DNA of 63,719 nt, the filler included, from Chiloscyllium plagiosum (Eukaryota), in assembly GCF_004010195.1 (NCBI RefSeq). It is 5 parts of one record of this genome, joined end to end, with 100 filler letters (N's around TTAATTAATTAA, not from the genome) between each part and the next. Parts side by side here need not be neighbours in the genome. Positions count along the whole stretch, not along the records: positions 8,050 to 28,483 come from NC_057714.1; positions 28,584 to 53,192 come from NC_057714.1; 3 more parts are not named here. One strand, 5' to 3'. Below, one piece after another: positions 25,601 through 37,669 of this stretch (positions within the stretch are counted from its first letter, which is position 1; the number at the start of each line of letters is the position of its first letter). The notes beneath the pieces were generated by a model. That model searched no databases. It saw only the letters and a program-made list of their open reading frames with translations, and had not been told where the DNA came from. Both the position numbers and the translations under genes were made by a program.

Positions 25601-25659
25601 GTGGTTGGAGGAATTGAAATTGGCACTGACTGGGAGGTCTGGTCGGCCCCTGTGGAACT

Positions 25660-26140
25660 GGTTGCACGGAAAGTAAACTTAGGGAATGGCTCATCGAGCA
25701 TCGTAGTAAGGTCTGCAGGGACCAATCAGACCTCCCAGTCACCGCCTGTTTTAATTCCCCAACCACTCCCTTTCCAACATGACCATCCTTGGCCTTCTCC
25801 ATTGCCAAAACAAACCACAGCTTCGATTGGAGGAACAGCACCTTATCTTCTGCCTGGGCATGTTACAGCCAGGAGGACTCAACATTCAGTTCTCTCATTT
25901 CAAATAACCTCGCTCCCCCTCCCACGGCTCCCTTCCCAGCCCCACTCCCTCCCTTCCACTGCTCCCTGCCACCAACTGGATTCATTCCTCCTATTGACCA
26001 ACCAGGACGTACCCTCCACCTGTCTTCACCTATCCCCACTTCACCACCCTGCCCCTGCCTCCCCCTTTGCCTGCAGCTATCCCCAATACTGAAGAAGGGT
26101 TACACTCAAAACGTCGACTTCTGCACCTCCTGATCCTGCC
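25660..26140 (+). mobile_element. Penelope-like element 3' end: GIY-YIG endonuclease C-terminus and terminal repeat
   Basis: Reads RKLREWLIEH...DLPVTACFNSP/HSLSNMTILGLLHCQ...LEEQHLIFCLGMLQPGGLNIQFSHFK*. A pyrimidine-rich UTR follows, then CTGAAGAAGGGTTACACTCAAAACGTCG. Confidence 0.75.
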
Positions 26141-26145
26141 TGGAT

Positions 26146-27383
26146 CTGTTTATGGCCAGCTTGGCCAGGCTCAGGAGTAGGCCCACAAGGAGGTCATCTG
26201 ACCTACCCTCCACCCTCCGTACTAGGTAATCCCCTGTTTATTTCTTATTTTCTTTATAAATCTGCACACGATTGTCAAACAGCAGTAGTGCTTATGCTTT
26301 CCCCAGTGCCCATGTCGTGTGTGTGCAGGTGTAGGACACAGTGAAGAATAACAAATGCAGAAATCTTTATTTATATATGACCAGCAGAAAGTAAGGAAAA
26401 ACCCGAGTGGTCAGTAACAAGCAGTGCCTTCCTTATCAAGGGGCAATGCTAAGTGATCAAAAAAGGCGAGGAGGAGGGCAGGGATCAAATCAAAATAGAA
26501 TCAGAGGGGTAAATAAAACGCACCACACCCTGTGTTGCCCTCCTCACCATGAAAATCTCGTGTGGTGGTAGACACTGCTTGCTTCTTCTCCAGGGGCACT
26601 TGAACCTGAACGTAACCGTTAAAGAGGAGCAGACAATCTGCCATAACGACCTCCTCCATGGCCCGCTGCCTGGACCCATTTATGGCCAGCCTGGCTAGGC
26701 CCAGGAGCAGACCTATGAGGAGTTCCACTGACCTCCCCTCCCCTCTCTGCACGAGGTGATCCCTGTTTATATTTTTTTCTTCCCTGCAGTATACTGGCTG
26801 TGTGGCCAGCCAGCTCAGTGTCAGTCCCCTGAAGTGAAGAGATTCTGAATCCTCTGTTTATTTAAAAAAAAACATTTTAACCCCCACACTACTGCCAAAC
26901 AGCAGTAGTGCTTAATTTTTCGTCAGCACCTATGTTGTGTGTGTGCAGGTGTAAGTCAGAGAGAAGAACAACGAGTGCATTAATCTTTATTTATACTCCA
27001 CCAACAGGAAGAAAGGAAAAACACCTGGCAGGCCAGTGACAAGCAGTGCCTTTCTCAACAAAGGGCAATACTGAGTGATCAAAAAAGTGAAAGCGAGGGC
27101 AGGGATTAAAACAAAATAAAGTCAGGGAGGGAGGGAAAAAGCACGACACATCCTGCAGTGCCCACCTCTCCCTGAAAACCCCGAGGGTGTTGGTAGGCAT
27201 CGCATGCTCCTTCTCCAGAAACACCCCGGCCCGCACATAACTGTGAAAGAGGGGCTGGCAACCAGCCATACCACCTCTCTCCATGGCCCACTGCTTAGAC
27301 CTGTTTATGGCCAACCTGGCCAGGGCCAGGAGCAGACCCACGAGGGGATTCTCTGACCTACCCTTCCCCCTCCGCACTGGGTG
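26146..27383 (-). mobile_element. Three tandem 3' fragments of a Tx1-like (L1-clade) LINE
   Basis: The - strand reads RRGKGRSENPLVGLLLALARLAINRS...PLFHSYVRAGVFLEKEHA...FRERW, repeated at about 26146-26228, 26242-26758 and 26862-27383. Copies 2 and 3 share a 3' UTR with AATAAA. Confidence 0.75.
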
Positions 27384-28178
27384 ATCCCCCCCTTTATATT
27401 CGTCAGCCAGGGCTTCATGATTGGCATGGTTTACAACCTAATCAAGGAGCTTGTAGTCAACAAGATCCACCTAGTTCCAATCACTACAGTTGCCTTTCCA
27501 CTAATTGTTTTGTTATCTGCAAATTCACTTTCCTCATCCAAATTGTTAGTATATGTTCTGAATAATTGTGGTCCAACACTGCTCACAGTGGCACTCCACT
27601 TGTTACAGGTTGTTGTTCTGAAAGTGGCACCCTTATCTCAATTCTGTTTTCTGTTAGTCATTTCTCTATCCAAGCTGACATACTATCTCCATCACAATTC
27701 TTTTTTGAGCGGGAAAAGTTTTTTTCCCTTGCAACTCTATTCATCCCTCTACATGATTTTGTAAACCTTTATCAATTTCCTCTTAGCCTTTTTGTCTCCA
27801 AAACGCATAAAAAAAACAAAGATCTGCGAATGCTGGAAATCAGAAACAAAAACAGAAATTGCTGGGAAAATACAGCAGGTCTGGCAGCATTTGTGGAGAG
27901 AAAGCAGAATTAGCTTTTTCAATGCAGTGATCTTCAGAACTGATTGTAGATTGGAAGGGATGGGCAAAGTGGGGGGGAGTAAACATCACGTGGAGATAGG
28001 ACTTAATATTGAGTGCAATAATTTTAGGGCCTGAGTACCTTACCCTGGGCCTTGTCATTAAATGGGCTGCTACCACAACCATCCCATTGTCAGCTACTAA
28101 TGTTTGCAGTTAGCAGTTATTGATTCCCCCATGCCTTTGTCTGTCCAACTGCTGTTCTGCCTCCACAGGCTTTATCTC

Positions 28179-28483
28179 AATAGACAATAGACAATAGGTG
28201 CAGGAGTAGGCCATTCTGCCCTTCGAGCCTGCACCACCATTCATTATGATCATGGCTGATCATCCTCAATCAGTATCCTGTTCCTGTCTTATCTCCATAA
28301 CCCTTGATTCCACTATCCTTGAGAGCTCTCTCTAACTCTTTCTTAAACGAATCCAGAGACTGGGCCTCCACTACCTTCTGGGGCAGAGCATTCCACACAC
28401 CCACCACTCTCTGGGTGAAGAAGTTTCTCCTCATCTCTGTCCTAAATGGCCTACCCCTTATTTTTAAGCTGGTCCTCTGGTTC
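28179..28483 (-). mobile_element. CR1 LINE 3' end, cut by a scaffold join
   Basis: (CAATAGA)n tail. The - strand reads NFFTQRVVGVWNALPQKVVEA. Confidence 0.85.
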
Positions 28484-28583
28484 NNNNNNNNNNNNNNNNN
28501 NNNNNNNNNNNNNNNNNNNNNNNNNNNTTAATTAATTAANNNNNNNNNNNNNNNNNNNNNNNNNNNNNNNNNNNNNNNNNNNN
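28484..28583. other. Artificial scaffold join
   Basis: N44-TTAATTAATTAA-N44. Different elements lie on either side (CR1 left, Penelope right). Confidence 0.95.
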
Positions 28584-28840
28584 CTTGTCCGACCTGCCTA
28601 GCTCCTTTTCCACCTATCCACTCCACCCTCTCCTCCCCGACCAATCACCTTCATCTCCTCCCCCACTCACCCATTGTACTCTATGCTACTTTCTCCCCAC
28701 CCCCACCCTCCTCCAGCTTATCTCTCCACGCTTCAGGCTCTCTGGCTTTATTCCTGATGAAGGGCTTTTACCCGAAACGTCGATTTTGCTGCTCGTCGGA
28801 TGCAGCCTGAATTGCTGTGCTCTTCCAGCACCACTGATCC
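28584..28840 (+). mobile_element. Penelope-like 3' terminal repeat with hammerhead core
   Basis: C-rich tract, then ATTCCTGATGAAGGGCTTTTACCCGAAACGTCG...TGCTGTGCTCTTCCAGCACCAC. Confidence 0.75.
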
Positions 28841-29640
28841 ATCATCAATCAGTGTCAGATTAGATAACTTTGTTTGTTTTCCAAATAAACTTTGCAGTAA
28901 TTAAATTAGCTAAATGTCTGAAACTGGGTTTTATAAATCCCTTGAAACAGACATTTTGGCTCATTCATGTTTTATTTCTAGTCAAACATATCAAAATACA
29001 GAACTGAATTTTGTCGGTTCCTGTTAGTGGGTTTGCAGTTTCAGCCACCCTCTCCACATTTGAAGTGGGAAATTGTTGCCCTCTTTAGGGCCACTTCCCA
29101 CCTAGTCTCAATTCCCTCCATAATGGAATTGTGGGTCAACCTCCAGTACGTGGACTGCAGCAGTTCAAAAATGCAGTTCACCACCACCTTCTCAAATGCA
29201 ACAAGGGATGGGCAATAAATGTTGGCCCAGCCAGCGATAGACATGTTCCATAAGTGATTAAAACAAAAGATCAGGAAGGTGTAACTTGGAGAATAACTTG
29301 GAGGTATTGATAGTCTCATAAGTCTTCTGCCCTTATTATTTTATTGGAAGGGGCCAAGGGTTTGAAAGGTGTTGTTGCAGGGCATCTTGTAGACAATCTG
29401 CACAGCTGTAATTGAGCATTAGTGGATGAGGAATGAATGTTGAAGTTGGTAGATGGGACGCCGGTCAAGTGAACTGCTTTGTCCTCAAGCTGTTTAGCTC
29501 CTTCAGTCTGTTGGAGTTGGACGCAACTATCAAAATGGAAAGTATTCCATTGGCTCAGGCCTTTGTTGAACATGCATCAGTAAACAGAGCTATCTTCAGG
29601 TGTTTCTCAGATACCATTTGTTACTTTTCTATTTCTGTAG

Positions 29641-29742
29641 GTATTCCTGAAGCACAGAGGGCAGAACCTAGTGATACCCAGAAAGGCAGCACCTCACAAC
29701 AGTTTCTGTTACTCAAACCACCTGTTCTTAGCACCAGCAGAG
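29641..29742 (+). CDS. Candidate 102-nt linker exon of the obscurin kinase region (phase 1-1)
   Basis: Acceptor ttacttttctatttctgtag|, donor AGAG|gtatat. Open frame GIPEAQRAEPSDTQKGSTSQQFLLLKPPVLSTSR, phase-compatible with exon 37270. No recognised homology. Confidence 0.5.
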
Positions 29743-30043
29743 GTATATGTGCTATTTTTGCACCTCTCCACCAACATGACATGGTTTTCAGACAGTTCGG
29801 GAAGTGTTTGTGTTTTATTGTACGGGTATCATAGTTGTATGGAACAAACACATGGTATGGACTAGAGAGTTTCTTTCTATCTATTATTGTTCATGTTTGT
29901 AAATCCAGACCAAGGGATGAATAATCATCGTTCATCTTGTCTACTGTTTCAAACATCCCAACTTGGCCAACTCCATTGCAAGAAAAATACACCCTAACCC
30001 TTTCATGGAGTTAAGCCAGTTTTTGAAGAATCATGGTTCAGGG

Positions 30044-32850
30044 GTAGAACATTACAGTGCAGTACAGCCCTCTGGCCCTCTATGTTGCACCGACCTGTGA
30101 AACCAGTCTAAAGTCCGTCTAACCTGCACTATTCCATTATCATCCATATGTCTATCCAATGACCATTTGAATGTCCTTAATGTTGGCGAGTCCACTACTG
30201 TTGCAGGCCGGGCATTCAATGCCCTTACTACTCTCTGAGTTAAGAACCTACCTCTAACATCTGTCTTATATCTATCACCCCTCGATTTAAAGCGATGTCC
30301 CCTCATGCTAGCCATCACTATGTGAGGAAAAAGGCTCTCACTGTCCACCCTATCTAATTCTCTGATCATCTTGTATGTCTCTATTAAGTTATATCTTAAC
30401 TTTCTTCTCTATATCTAAAACAGCCTCAAGACCCTCAGCCTTTCCTCATAAGACCTTCCTTCCACCCCAGGCAACATCCTGGTAAATCTCCACTGCACCC
30501 TTTACAATGCTTCCACATCCTTCCTATGACCAGAACTGTATGCAACACTCCAACTGCAGCCACACTAGAGTTTTGTACAGCTGCAACATGACCTCATGGC
30601 TCCGAAACTCAATCCCTCTATCAATAAAAGCTAACACACCATATGCTTTCTGAACAACCCTATCAACCTGGGTGGCAACTTTCAGGAATCTATGCACATG
30701 GATACTGAGATCTCTCTGCTCATCCACACTACCAAGAGTCTTACCATTAGCCATTCACTCTGTATCCCCCTGTTACTCCTTCCAAAATGAATCACACTTT
30801 TCCGCATTAAACTCCATTTGCCACCTCTCAGCCCAGCTCTGCAGCTTATCTATGTCCCCCTGAAACCTGCAACATCCTTCCGCACTGTCCACAACTCCAC
30901 CGACTTCAGTGTCATCGGCAAATTTACTAACCCATCTTCGCCATCCTCATCCAGGTCATTTATAAAAATGACAAACAGCAGTGGCCCCAAAACAGATCTT
31001 TGCGGTGCACCACTAGTAACTGAACTCCAGGATGAACATTTCCCATCAACCACCACCCTCTGTCTTCTTTCAGCTAGCCAATTTCTGATCCAAACCACTA
31101 AATCACCCTCAATTCCATGTCTCCATATTTTCTGTAATAGCCTACCGTGGGAAACCTTATCAAATGCTTTACTGAAATCCATGTACACTACATCAACCGC
31201 TTTACCCTCATCCACCTGTTTAGTCAACTTCTCAAAGAACTCAATAAGGTTTGTGAGTCACAAATTACCCTTCACAAAACCATGTTGGCTATCCCTAATC
31301 AAAGTATTCCTTTCTAGATGATTATAAATCCTATCTCTTATAACCTTTCCCAACACTTTACCCACAATTGAAGTAAGGCATACTGGTCTATAATTACCAG
31401 GGTTGTCTCTACTCTCCTTCTTGAACAAGGGGACAACATTTGCTATGGTCCAGTTTTCTGGCACTATGCCTGTAGACAATGATAACTTAAAGATCAAAGC
31501 CAAAGGCTCTGCAATCTCCTCGGTAGCTTCTCAGAGAATCCTAGGGTAAATCCCATCCGGCCCAGAGGACTTTATTTTCACACTTTCCAGAATTGCTAAC
31601 ACCTCCTCCTTTGGAACCTCAATCGGGTCTAGTCTAATAACCTGTATCTCAGTATTCTCCTGGTCAACATTGTCTTTTTCCTGTGTGAATACTGTCAAAA
31701 ATATATTCATTTACTACTGTCCTTAACTGGCCCTAATCTTCCCGAGTCATTCTTTTATCCTGACATACATACAGAAAACTTTAGGGATTTCCTTGATCCT
31801 ATTTGCCAAAGACTTCTCATGTCCCCTCCTGGCTCTTCTTAGCTCTCCTTCAGGTCCTTCCTGGTTAACTTGTAACTCTCAAATGCCTGATCTGAACCTT
31901 CATGCCTCATCTTTATATAAGCCTTCTCTTTCCTCTTGACCAGACATTCAACTTCTTTAGTAAACCACAGTTCCCTCACTGTTCCTTGAACAAGCTCCAC
32001 ATTTCAATTGTGCCCATTCCCTGCAGTTTCCCTCCCCATCCTATGCATCCTAAATCTTGCCTAATTGCATCATTATTGTCGTTTCCCCAGCTATAACTGT
32101 TGCCCTGCAGTATATATCTACCCCTTTCCATTGCTAAAGTAAACATAACCGAATTGTGGTCACTGTCACCAAAGTGCTCACCTACCTCCAAATTTAACAC
32201 ATGGACTGGTTCATTACCCAGTACCAAATCCAATGTGGCCTTGCATCTTGTTGGCCTATCTACATACTGTCAGGAAACCCTCCTGCACACATTGGACAAA
32301 AACTGACCCGTCTAAAGTACTCGAATTATAGCGTTTCCAGTCAATATTTGGAAAGTTAAAGTCCCCCATCACAACTACCCTGCTACTTTCAATCCTATCC
32401 TGAATCATTTTTGCAGTTCTTTCTTCTATGTCTCTGGAACTTTTCAGAGGTCTATAGAAAACTCCCAACAGGGTGACCTCTTCTTTCCTGTTTTTAACCT
32501 CAATCCATATTATAGACGAGACCTCATCAAATGTCCTTTCTCCCATTGTAATACTGTCCTTGACTAACAATGCCACATCTTCCCCTCTTTTACCACCTTC
32601 CTTGATTTTACTGAATCATCTAAACCCTAGAACCTGCAACAACCATTCCTGTCTCTGCACTATCCATGTTTCCAAAATTGCCACAACATCAAAGTCCCAG
32701 GTACCAACCCATGCTGCAAGTTTACCCACCTTATTCCGGATGCTTCTGACATTGAAGCAGACACACTTCAAACCACCTTCCTGCCCGCCGGTACATTCCT
32801 GCGACCTTGAAACCTTATTCATGACTTCACTACTCTCAATCTTTTGTACA
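30044..32850 (-). mobile_element. Near full-length CR1 ORF2 (APE endonuclease + RT), frameshifted
   Basis: EN motifs LKCVCFNVRSIRNK...VVAILETW and VVVMGDFNFPNIDW. RT motifs NYRPVCLTS and [15 protein letters not shown]...[16 protein letters not shown]. Confidence 0.92.
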
Positions 32851-33536
32851 ATAAGGCAGATAAGTTCAAAAGGCCCTCTCGTGCCCCTGCATGCAAGCTT
32901 GTGCCACCCAAACAACCCCATGACCTTCCTGACAAAAGTATGCTCCTCCTTCCACCTCTCTTTGCACATCAGCGCCCTCAACCTGCTTCTCACAGTGTGG
33001 CTTTTTCATGCCCATTCACACACTGCACATTATATGGAAGCAGTGAATTTTACAGTGGAAGTTATATATATGTAAGGCCTGACTGAGAACCCAGAGAAGC
33101 ATCATATTTTGAATCACCTGAGGCCTTCTTGATTGACAGCTCTGGATGTCTGATTTCTACCATCAATTTCTCAGCATTTGTTTACACAAAGTGAATTTGT
33201 TTCAAGTGCCTACTGGTTTCAGCTATTGAGTATTTAAATGGTCTGGATGATTGACAATTTTAGTGGGAAGCAATAGAAGGTTAAGAATTAATCTCTTTTT
33301 TAAAGTTCTTTTTACACATTTATCTCAACAATTAAAATCTAGCCCTGTATGTTTGGTCATCAATTTCAATGATGTGGATGTGGGCATCAAATGAACTATC
33401 TTATTTAAAATTTGTGACCCTGGTGTTTATTTTTTAAAAAAAACAAAGCCATAAATTCCACAGTTTTGAAGTAACAAAATAGAATCTACACAAAGTTAGA
33501 AAATAAAATTATCTAGAGTATGTGCATAACTTCCAC

Positions 33537-34366
33537 TGTAACATCCAAAATTGCCATGAGGTAAATAAGGATAACAGACAAATTGTGGTCAGAACACATC
33601 ATAAAAACAAATACAGAATTCTATGGTTTTTCTCAGCAGCCCCCACATTGTTGGTCACCAAATCTCTTTAGGGCTTTGTCTCCTTTACAAGAAATTTCAA
33701 TTCTGCACTTTCAACGATCTAGCTTTGAAACTCTGTCAAAGACACTCTGGCACTCACTGGCTCAACAACCACTCACTGCACGGCAACATTTACATATTTC
33801 CAGCTCTTTCATAAACAATTAGTTTCACTAAACTGGCATTACCTTTTAGTTTTTCCCATCTCCAATATTTCTCATCTTCACTAAACTAACACTGTTTGTG
33901 GAATTTCTTCATCCCCCACTCAGCAACAAAGGGCTTCTGGGATTTAAATGAGCCCTTGGCTACACAGAGCCGTCTGCAGCTCTTTAACTACGTGAAGACA
34001 CACTTTGGCTCTCCAACACAGAACCAGCAAACATCCACCATCTTCTTAGCTCCTCAGGATATCTCCCAAACTCTGACTTCCTGGAGCTTGCTACCCACAG
34101 CAGCTCTGCTGTCTGGAGCCTATTCCCCCTCTTCTAAATACTTCATTAACCAGCAGCCTGAAGCTGTCAAGTTTCTATTTTCAATGACTCCAACCAATCT
34201 TCTTTGGTTTTCTAATTTTGAGTAAAACTGCCTCTGACTCTTGAATATCCATTCACTGACCCTGATCTGATCTGATGACGTATCAAACTCTTCAAAGGAG
34301 ACCCCACCAAGTTACTAGACAAAAGCAAATGAATCAAGTGCTGAAACATTGTCCTTAAATGTTACA
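33537..34366. mobile_element. Possible solo LTR
   Basis: Perfect inverted termini TGTAACA...TGTTACA 830 bp apart; no matching TSD seen. Confidence 0.3.
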
Positions 34367-34589
34367 ATCAGGAGAGGCTGTTAACCCACACTGCATAGAT
34401 TGGTACAAGAAAGGATTATATCACAATGTGCAAAAATGTGAAATTATCCACTTTGGAGGAAAAACAGAAATACAAGTATTTCTTGGAAGTTAGAGTTTGG
34501 GAAGTGTTGATGTCCAAACGGATCTGCATGTGCCTGTTTAAGAGTCACTGAGAAGTAACATGTAGATGCAGCAAGTAATTAGGAAGTCT

Positions 34590-35107
34590 TCGGATGCTGC
34601 CTGACCTGCTGTGCTTTTCCAGCACCACTCTAATCTAGACTCTGGTTTCCAGCATCTGCAGTCATTGTTTTTACCTGATAGGTGTTGAATAAGGCAATGG
34701 TTCTCAAAGAGTTAATTAGGCTCCACCTAATCTGATGATGTTGGACAAGTTTGCCTGTTGATAAAGCAGAACTTTTTTTTGTAGAACCCCTACAGTGCAG
34801 AAAAAGACCATTTGGTCCATTGAGTCTGCACTGACTGTCTGAAGACCATCCAACCCAAACCAGCTCTCTACCATGTCACCCCTCATTTCCCATGGCTCAT
34901 CCACCTAGCTTGCTCATCTCTAGACATTGTGGACAACATTCTGGATCAATGGTGCTGGAAGAGCACAGCAGTTCAGGCAGCATCCGAGGGTTTTTACCCC
35001 ATTGTGGACAACATGCAAACTCCATGCAAGAGTGTCGCCCAAGGCTGGAATCAAACCCAGGTCCCTGGTGCTGTGAGGCAGCAGTGGTAACTACTGAGCC
35101 ACTGTCA
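34590..35107. mobile_element. Penelope-derived piece (about 34590-34675) and a degraded V-SINE (- strand, about 34790-35107) with a nested Penelope piece
   Basis: GGATGCTGCCTGACCTGCTGTGCTTTTCCAGCACC motif. SINE head CCCTGGTGCTGTGAGGCAGCAGTGGTAACTACTGAGCCAC is present as reverse complement. Confidence 0.65.
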
Positions 35108-37269
35108 CAATCCAACATCTAAGGACCTCAGACCTACATTTACAGTTCTCACCATAGTTCCAGTAACAATGTCTAACAAACTTTTGTAACGTAGCTCATT
35201 GCTATCATGTAAAAAATACATTGTGTAAAGACAAGAGCCCTTTCTTGTTCAGATACAATAGTGGTTTCTCAACTACCCCTGGAACCTAAATAAGCCTTAA
35301 GATCCAGTTAGGGGTCACTCTACCAGCAACTAATACATGATGATCAGCAATGAATGTTGTTGCCTAGTACACAAGATGTGATTGAAAAAACAGGCATTGG
35401 ACCAAGGAGAACAAATTTCCAGAAAATCAAGTTGGTTTCCCCTTTAAGGACTTAACATCTTTACTCATGTAGACAGTCAGCAGCTACAAGATTCTGAACA
35501 AACAAGCAGTCAGCAGGAGCTCATTGAAAGATAAACAAAGCACAAACAGTACTCCAAACCAAAGTCTTTATTTCAGCTCTGATAAGAAAGTGCAGGAGAA
35601 GCAATGCAGCGAGAAAGAATTGGTACAATATGGCAGTTACTGATTCCATCAGGAACCAAAGATCTGAAGGAGCATTCCTGGTTAGAGTTTCAGTGAAGAA
35701 ATGAACATCTCTGTGAATAAAGTTACTAATTGTTGTCAAGAAGGGAAGATATCCTAAATTAGTAGCACAAAAAGCAAGTTTCTTGAGAAGTCAAGAAGCA
35801 AACAAAAAGTAGTATTTACATTTTGTAATAGGCATTGTTGCCATTTCAACACCACAAGACATGGCTACAATCGAGAAATCAGGAGCCATAGGAGCAATTT
35901 ATACCAAGGTGGCAGCAGCCAGAAATATTGTGAAGCTGAATTAAGGTAACAAAATGGACAATTTAAAATTTGAAGCAGCCAGACTCTAACAGAAGGCAAT
36001 AGATAACTTTTGAAGCTTCGGTAAGAGTAGAAGGTTTATAATTTTAACAGCAATTCTGAGAAAAAAGGATATATTAACAATACAAACATAAAGTTGTTTT
36101 TGGAAAGTCGTACAAAGAATGGACACTGCTTATTAATGTGTTAAGAGGTCAGAAATTGCCTATTTTGCTTGCTAAAATGTAGGAAACCTCCATGTTACTT
36201 ACAGAAGATGAGAAACTTCCATTTTGATTGCAAAGATGCAGAAAAAAATACGAGTAATCAGTAAAGGTGTACAGCATTTAACAGCTTTAAGACAAAAAAA
36301 TCAAAACACTATTTTCCAAAATTTCTTTGGTTTGGCATATTTCCAGTAGTTTGGAATATTACAAAGATAACTCCTTTTATTCAAAAGGGAGGGAGGCGGA
36401 CTGCAGAAAGCTACAGGCCTGTTAGCTTATTATCTGTGGCTAAGGGGGAACCAGTGGATGTACTGTATTTTGATTTCCTCAAGGCTTCAGATAAAGTGCT
36501 TCATCAAAGCTTATTGCAGAAGATAACAGCTCATACAGGGGATAGCATATGGGCATGGATAAAGAGTGTTTACATCTTATAAAATGAATCGGTTCTCTTG
36601 TCTCCTGGCGCTTAAGACTAAAAAGAACTGAAATTTCTTTACTTAGAGGGTGTTGCATATTTGGAACTCTCTACTCCAGATAACTGTGGTAGCTGAGTAT
36701 ATTCGACACAGATATTAACATATTTCTTGATATTGAGTCATCAAAGGATGTGGGATAGAGCAGGAGAATGGTGTTCTAATAGAGCATCAGGCAAAATCTG
36801 GTGAGAAGGTGGTCTGATGAGGTGAAAATTGCCCTCATCCTGCTTCTATGTTCCTAAAACAGTTCTCCAAAGCAAATCATTTGGTGAATTACTCCTGATT
36901 GTTCTGTAAGCAAATCAGTCTGCTGTTCTGTATCAGCTGTATCTTAGAGAAAGCTAATAAGATTTATTGCCACTTAATTTGTCGTCATTTTGACAGTAAG
37001 GGCCATAGTCATCACATTAGGAGAACTCCCTGCCTTTGCTTAAATGTTACTTTGACACCCACCTAGACAGGGCACATCACTAAAGGACTGTATATTTGAA
37101 ATTTAGAAACTATTTCTCATGGTGTTTATGTGTTTGTTTCTAAAATCAACATTGCTTTCTTTTGTATTTGTGCATGCCCACAGATCATTACAGTACTTCA
37201 AAAGTAGAAGTAAATATTGCAATGTTAAATCCTAATTTTGTTTTCTTGGACAATGACGGCATAATTCAG

Positions 37270-37357
37270 AAACAGAAGTCAAGGAAGAATGCTCCATGAA
37301 GCCAACGGGGAGAAGAAAACTGCATTCTAATTATGATGTCAAAGAAGAAACTGGAAG
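37270..37357 (+). CDS. OBSCN: Obscurin kinase 1, first exon (phase 1-2)
   Basis: Branch-like cctaat plus pyrimidine tract, first AG at ataattcag|. Translates ETEVKEECSMKPTGRRKLHSNYDVKEETG(R); donor AG|gtaaat. Matches recalled obscurin RRKLHSFYEVKEEIGR. Not in the ORF track. Confidence 0.88.
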
Positions 37358-37669
37358 GTAAATATGTCTTAGGGGATTTTTAAGCTCTCCAAGTAAGGTA
37401 TTATTCATGTCATAATAATGGAACTATTTTCTGGAGATGCTGAACTGCTCAGAAGATTGCTAATAAAAATGTACCATCTCTAATCATACCAGTGGTAGTG
37501 TATTGTAGGAACACAGTGTAAAAATACAAAATATCATTGTTGAATAAGTCCCTTATCAGGATTAGTGGTGCTGGAAGAGCACAGCAGTTCAGGCAGCATC
37601 CAAGGAGCAGCGAAATCGACGTTTCGGGCAAAAGCCCCTTATCATCCAAGTCTACCCCAGAAATTTGAA

